Below, piece after piece: positions 62,850 through 64,000 of a DNA stretch of 64,000 nt. The translations under genes and the position numbers were made by a program. The stretch is taken from positions 544,001-608,000 of the forward strand of contig JAXDQS010000003.1 in assembly GCA_034667725.1 (NCBI GenBank), read 5' to 3'. The first letter of the stretch is position 1. The number at the start of each line of letters is the position of its first letter. The notes beneath the pieces were generated by a model. The model had not been told where the DNA came from and made no database searches. It worked only from the letters and a program-made list of their open reading frames with translations. The stretch is from Thermoplasmata archaeon. Its GTDB lineage: Archaea; Thermoplasmatota; E2; JACPAO01; JAHFTW01.

Positions 62850-63886
62850 CAAGCACCCCGGCGGGCCTGGGCCTTGCGCAAGTACGCCGGCGCCTTCGTC
62901 AAGCCCTTCGCCTCCATCCAGTCGAGGTTGAACTTGCTGAGGTAGCGCTCGCCGGGGTCGGGCAAGAGCGTGACCACCAGCGCGGACTTCGGCAGCGACT
63001 TGGCGAGCTTGAGGGCCCCGTGCACGGCGGCGCCGGCGGACGAGCCGGAGAACAAGGCCTCCTCGCGGGCGAGCCTGGCCTGCATGAGGAAGGCGTCCTC
63101 GTCGCTCACCTGCAGGACGTCGTCGATCTCGTCCCACCACACCGTCGTGGGCATGAAGTCCTCGCCGATGCCGTCGATGAGGTACTGGTGGATGTCCTTT
63201 GGGAACTCGCCGGTCTTGTGGAAGTGGGTGTAGACGGAGCCGACCGTGTCGATGCCGATGACGGAGACTTCGCGTCCCGCCTTGGCCGCCGCCCGGTGCA
63301 GGTAGCGCCCCGTGCCGCTGATGGTGCCGCCCGTGCCCATGCCGGCGACGAAGTGGGTGACCTTGCCGTTGGTCTGCTCCCAGATTTCCGGCCCCGTCGT
63401 CTTGAGGTGGGCCTGCGGGTTGGCCTGGTTGTAGTACTGGTAGGGGAGGTAGGCGCCTTCCTCGTCCCGCAGCCGCTCGGCCTGCTTGTAGTAGGAGCGC
63501 GGGTCGTCGGCCTCGACGTTGGTGGGGCAGACGATGACCTCGGCGCCGTAGGCCTTCAGGAGGTCCTGCTTCTCCTTCGGGACCTTGTCCGGGAGCGTGC
63601 ACACCATCCGGTAGCCCAAAAGCGACGCGGCCATCGCCAAGCCAAGCCCCGTGTTGCCGGAGGTGGGCTCGACGATGGTGCCGCCGGGCTTCAGCAGGCC
63701 CGCCTTCTCGCCGGCGCGGATCATGGGCAGCCCGATGCGGTCCTTCACCGAGGAGCCCGGGTTGAACATCTCCAGCTTGGCCGCCACCCGGGCGCCTTGG
63801 CCGCGGTTGACGGACGCGCGCAGCCGGTCCAGGAAGCACATTGGGGTGTTGCCGACGAGGTCCAGGACCGACTTGGCGATGGGCAC
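62849..63886 (-). CDS. Cystathionine beta-synthase / cysteine synthase family enzyme
   Basis: NPGSSVKDR, EPTSGNTG, GMGTGGT, GIGEDF, YLSK; adjacent to the CGL gene. Confidence 0.9.
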   Translation of the reverse strand: MPIAKSVLDLVGNTPMCFLDRLRASVNRGQGARVAAKLEMFNPGSSVKDRIGLPMIRAGEKAGLLKPGGTIVEPTSGNTGLGLAMAASLLGYRMVCTLPDKVPKEKQDLLKAYGAEVIVCPTNVEADDPRSYYKQAERLRDEEGAYLPYQYYNQANPQAHLKTTGPEIWEQTNGKVTHFVAGMGTGGTISGTGRYLHRAAAKAGREVSVIGIDTVGSVYTHFHKTGEFPKDIHQYLIDGIGEDFMPTTVWWDEIDDVLQVSDEDAFLMQARLAREEALFSGSSAGAAVHGALKLAKSLPKSALVVTLLPDPGERYLSKFNLDWMEAKGLTKAPAYLRKAQARRGA

Positions 63887-63926
63887 GCCCGCCGCACCCG
63901 GCCCGCCCTAGATGACCACTTCGCGG

Positions 63927-64000
63927 CTACTTCGCGCGGCCGTTGCTGCCGCCCTGCACGCGGGCCTTGACCTTGTCGGCCTCGCTCTGGACGCGGGCCT
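63927..64000 (-). CDS. 3' end of an unidentified gene (partial)
   Basis: Reads ...ARVQSEADKVKARVQGGSNGRAK* with GC3-rich codons. Confidence 0.55.
   Translation of the reverse strand, partial: ARVQSEADKVKARVQGGSNGRAK

Overview
A very GC-rich archaeal chromosome segment, most likely Thermoplasmatota. The assignment rests on MCM, Hef, NMD3, DUF424, UPF0147, DUF357 and a DUF6015-like protein occurring together with bacterial-type gyrase and SMC-ScpA-ScpB. Most of the window is housekeeping: a classical N-acetyl arginine pathway (argC-argJ-argB-argD, argG-argH-argF) with a divergent ACT-domain regulator, a separate LysW lysine operon (lysWXYZJK), DNA-transaction genes (HerA-like ATPase, hef, mcm, XPD-like helicase, gyrBA, smc-scpA-scpB, ogt), lipB, purF, glpD, a PPi-type PFK, a CBS/CGL pair and several secreted or surface proteins. 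I found no rRNA, tRNA, CRISPR array or prophage. The most unusual signals are: (i) a family of 9-nt-period palindromic elements at gene junctions; two lie inside small bridging ORFs that link the upstream stop to the downstream start, and a related one lies next to a duplicated gene 3' end; (ii) a stand-alone short serine recombinase with AT-rich palindromic flanks, beside a ~1 kb segment bounded by imperfect inverted repeats that carries a 22-aa sORF; (iii) a HerA ATPase fused to an endonuclease-III-type 4Fe-4S domain; (iv) a promoter-bearing structured ncRNA candidate; (v) an alternating purine-pyrimidine tract over the gyrB promoter; (vi) signal-peptide proteins built from phage-tail-like modules. 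All family calls come from motif recognition by eye; no database searches were run. Start codons were re-picked by eye from the ORF track.
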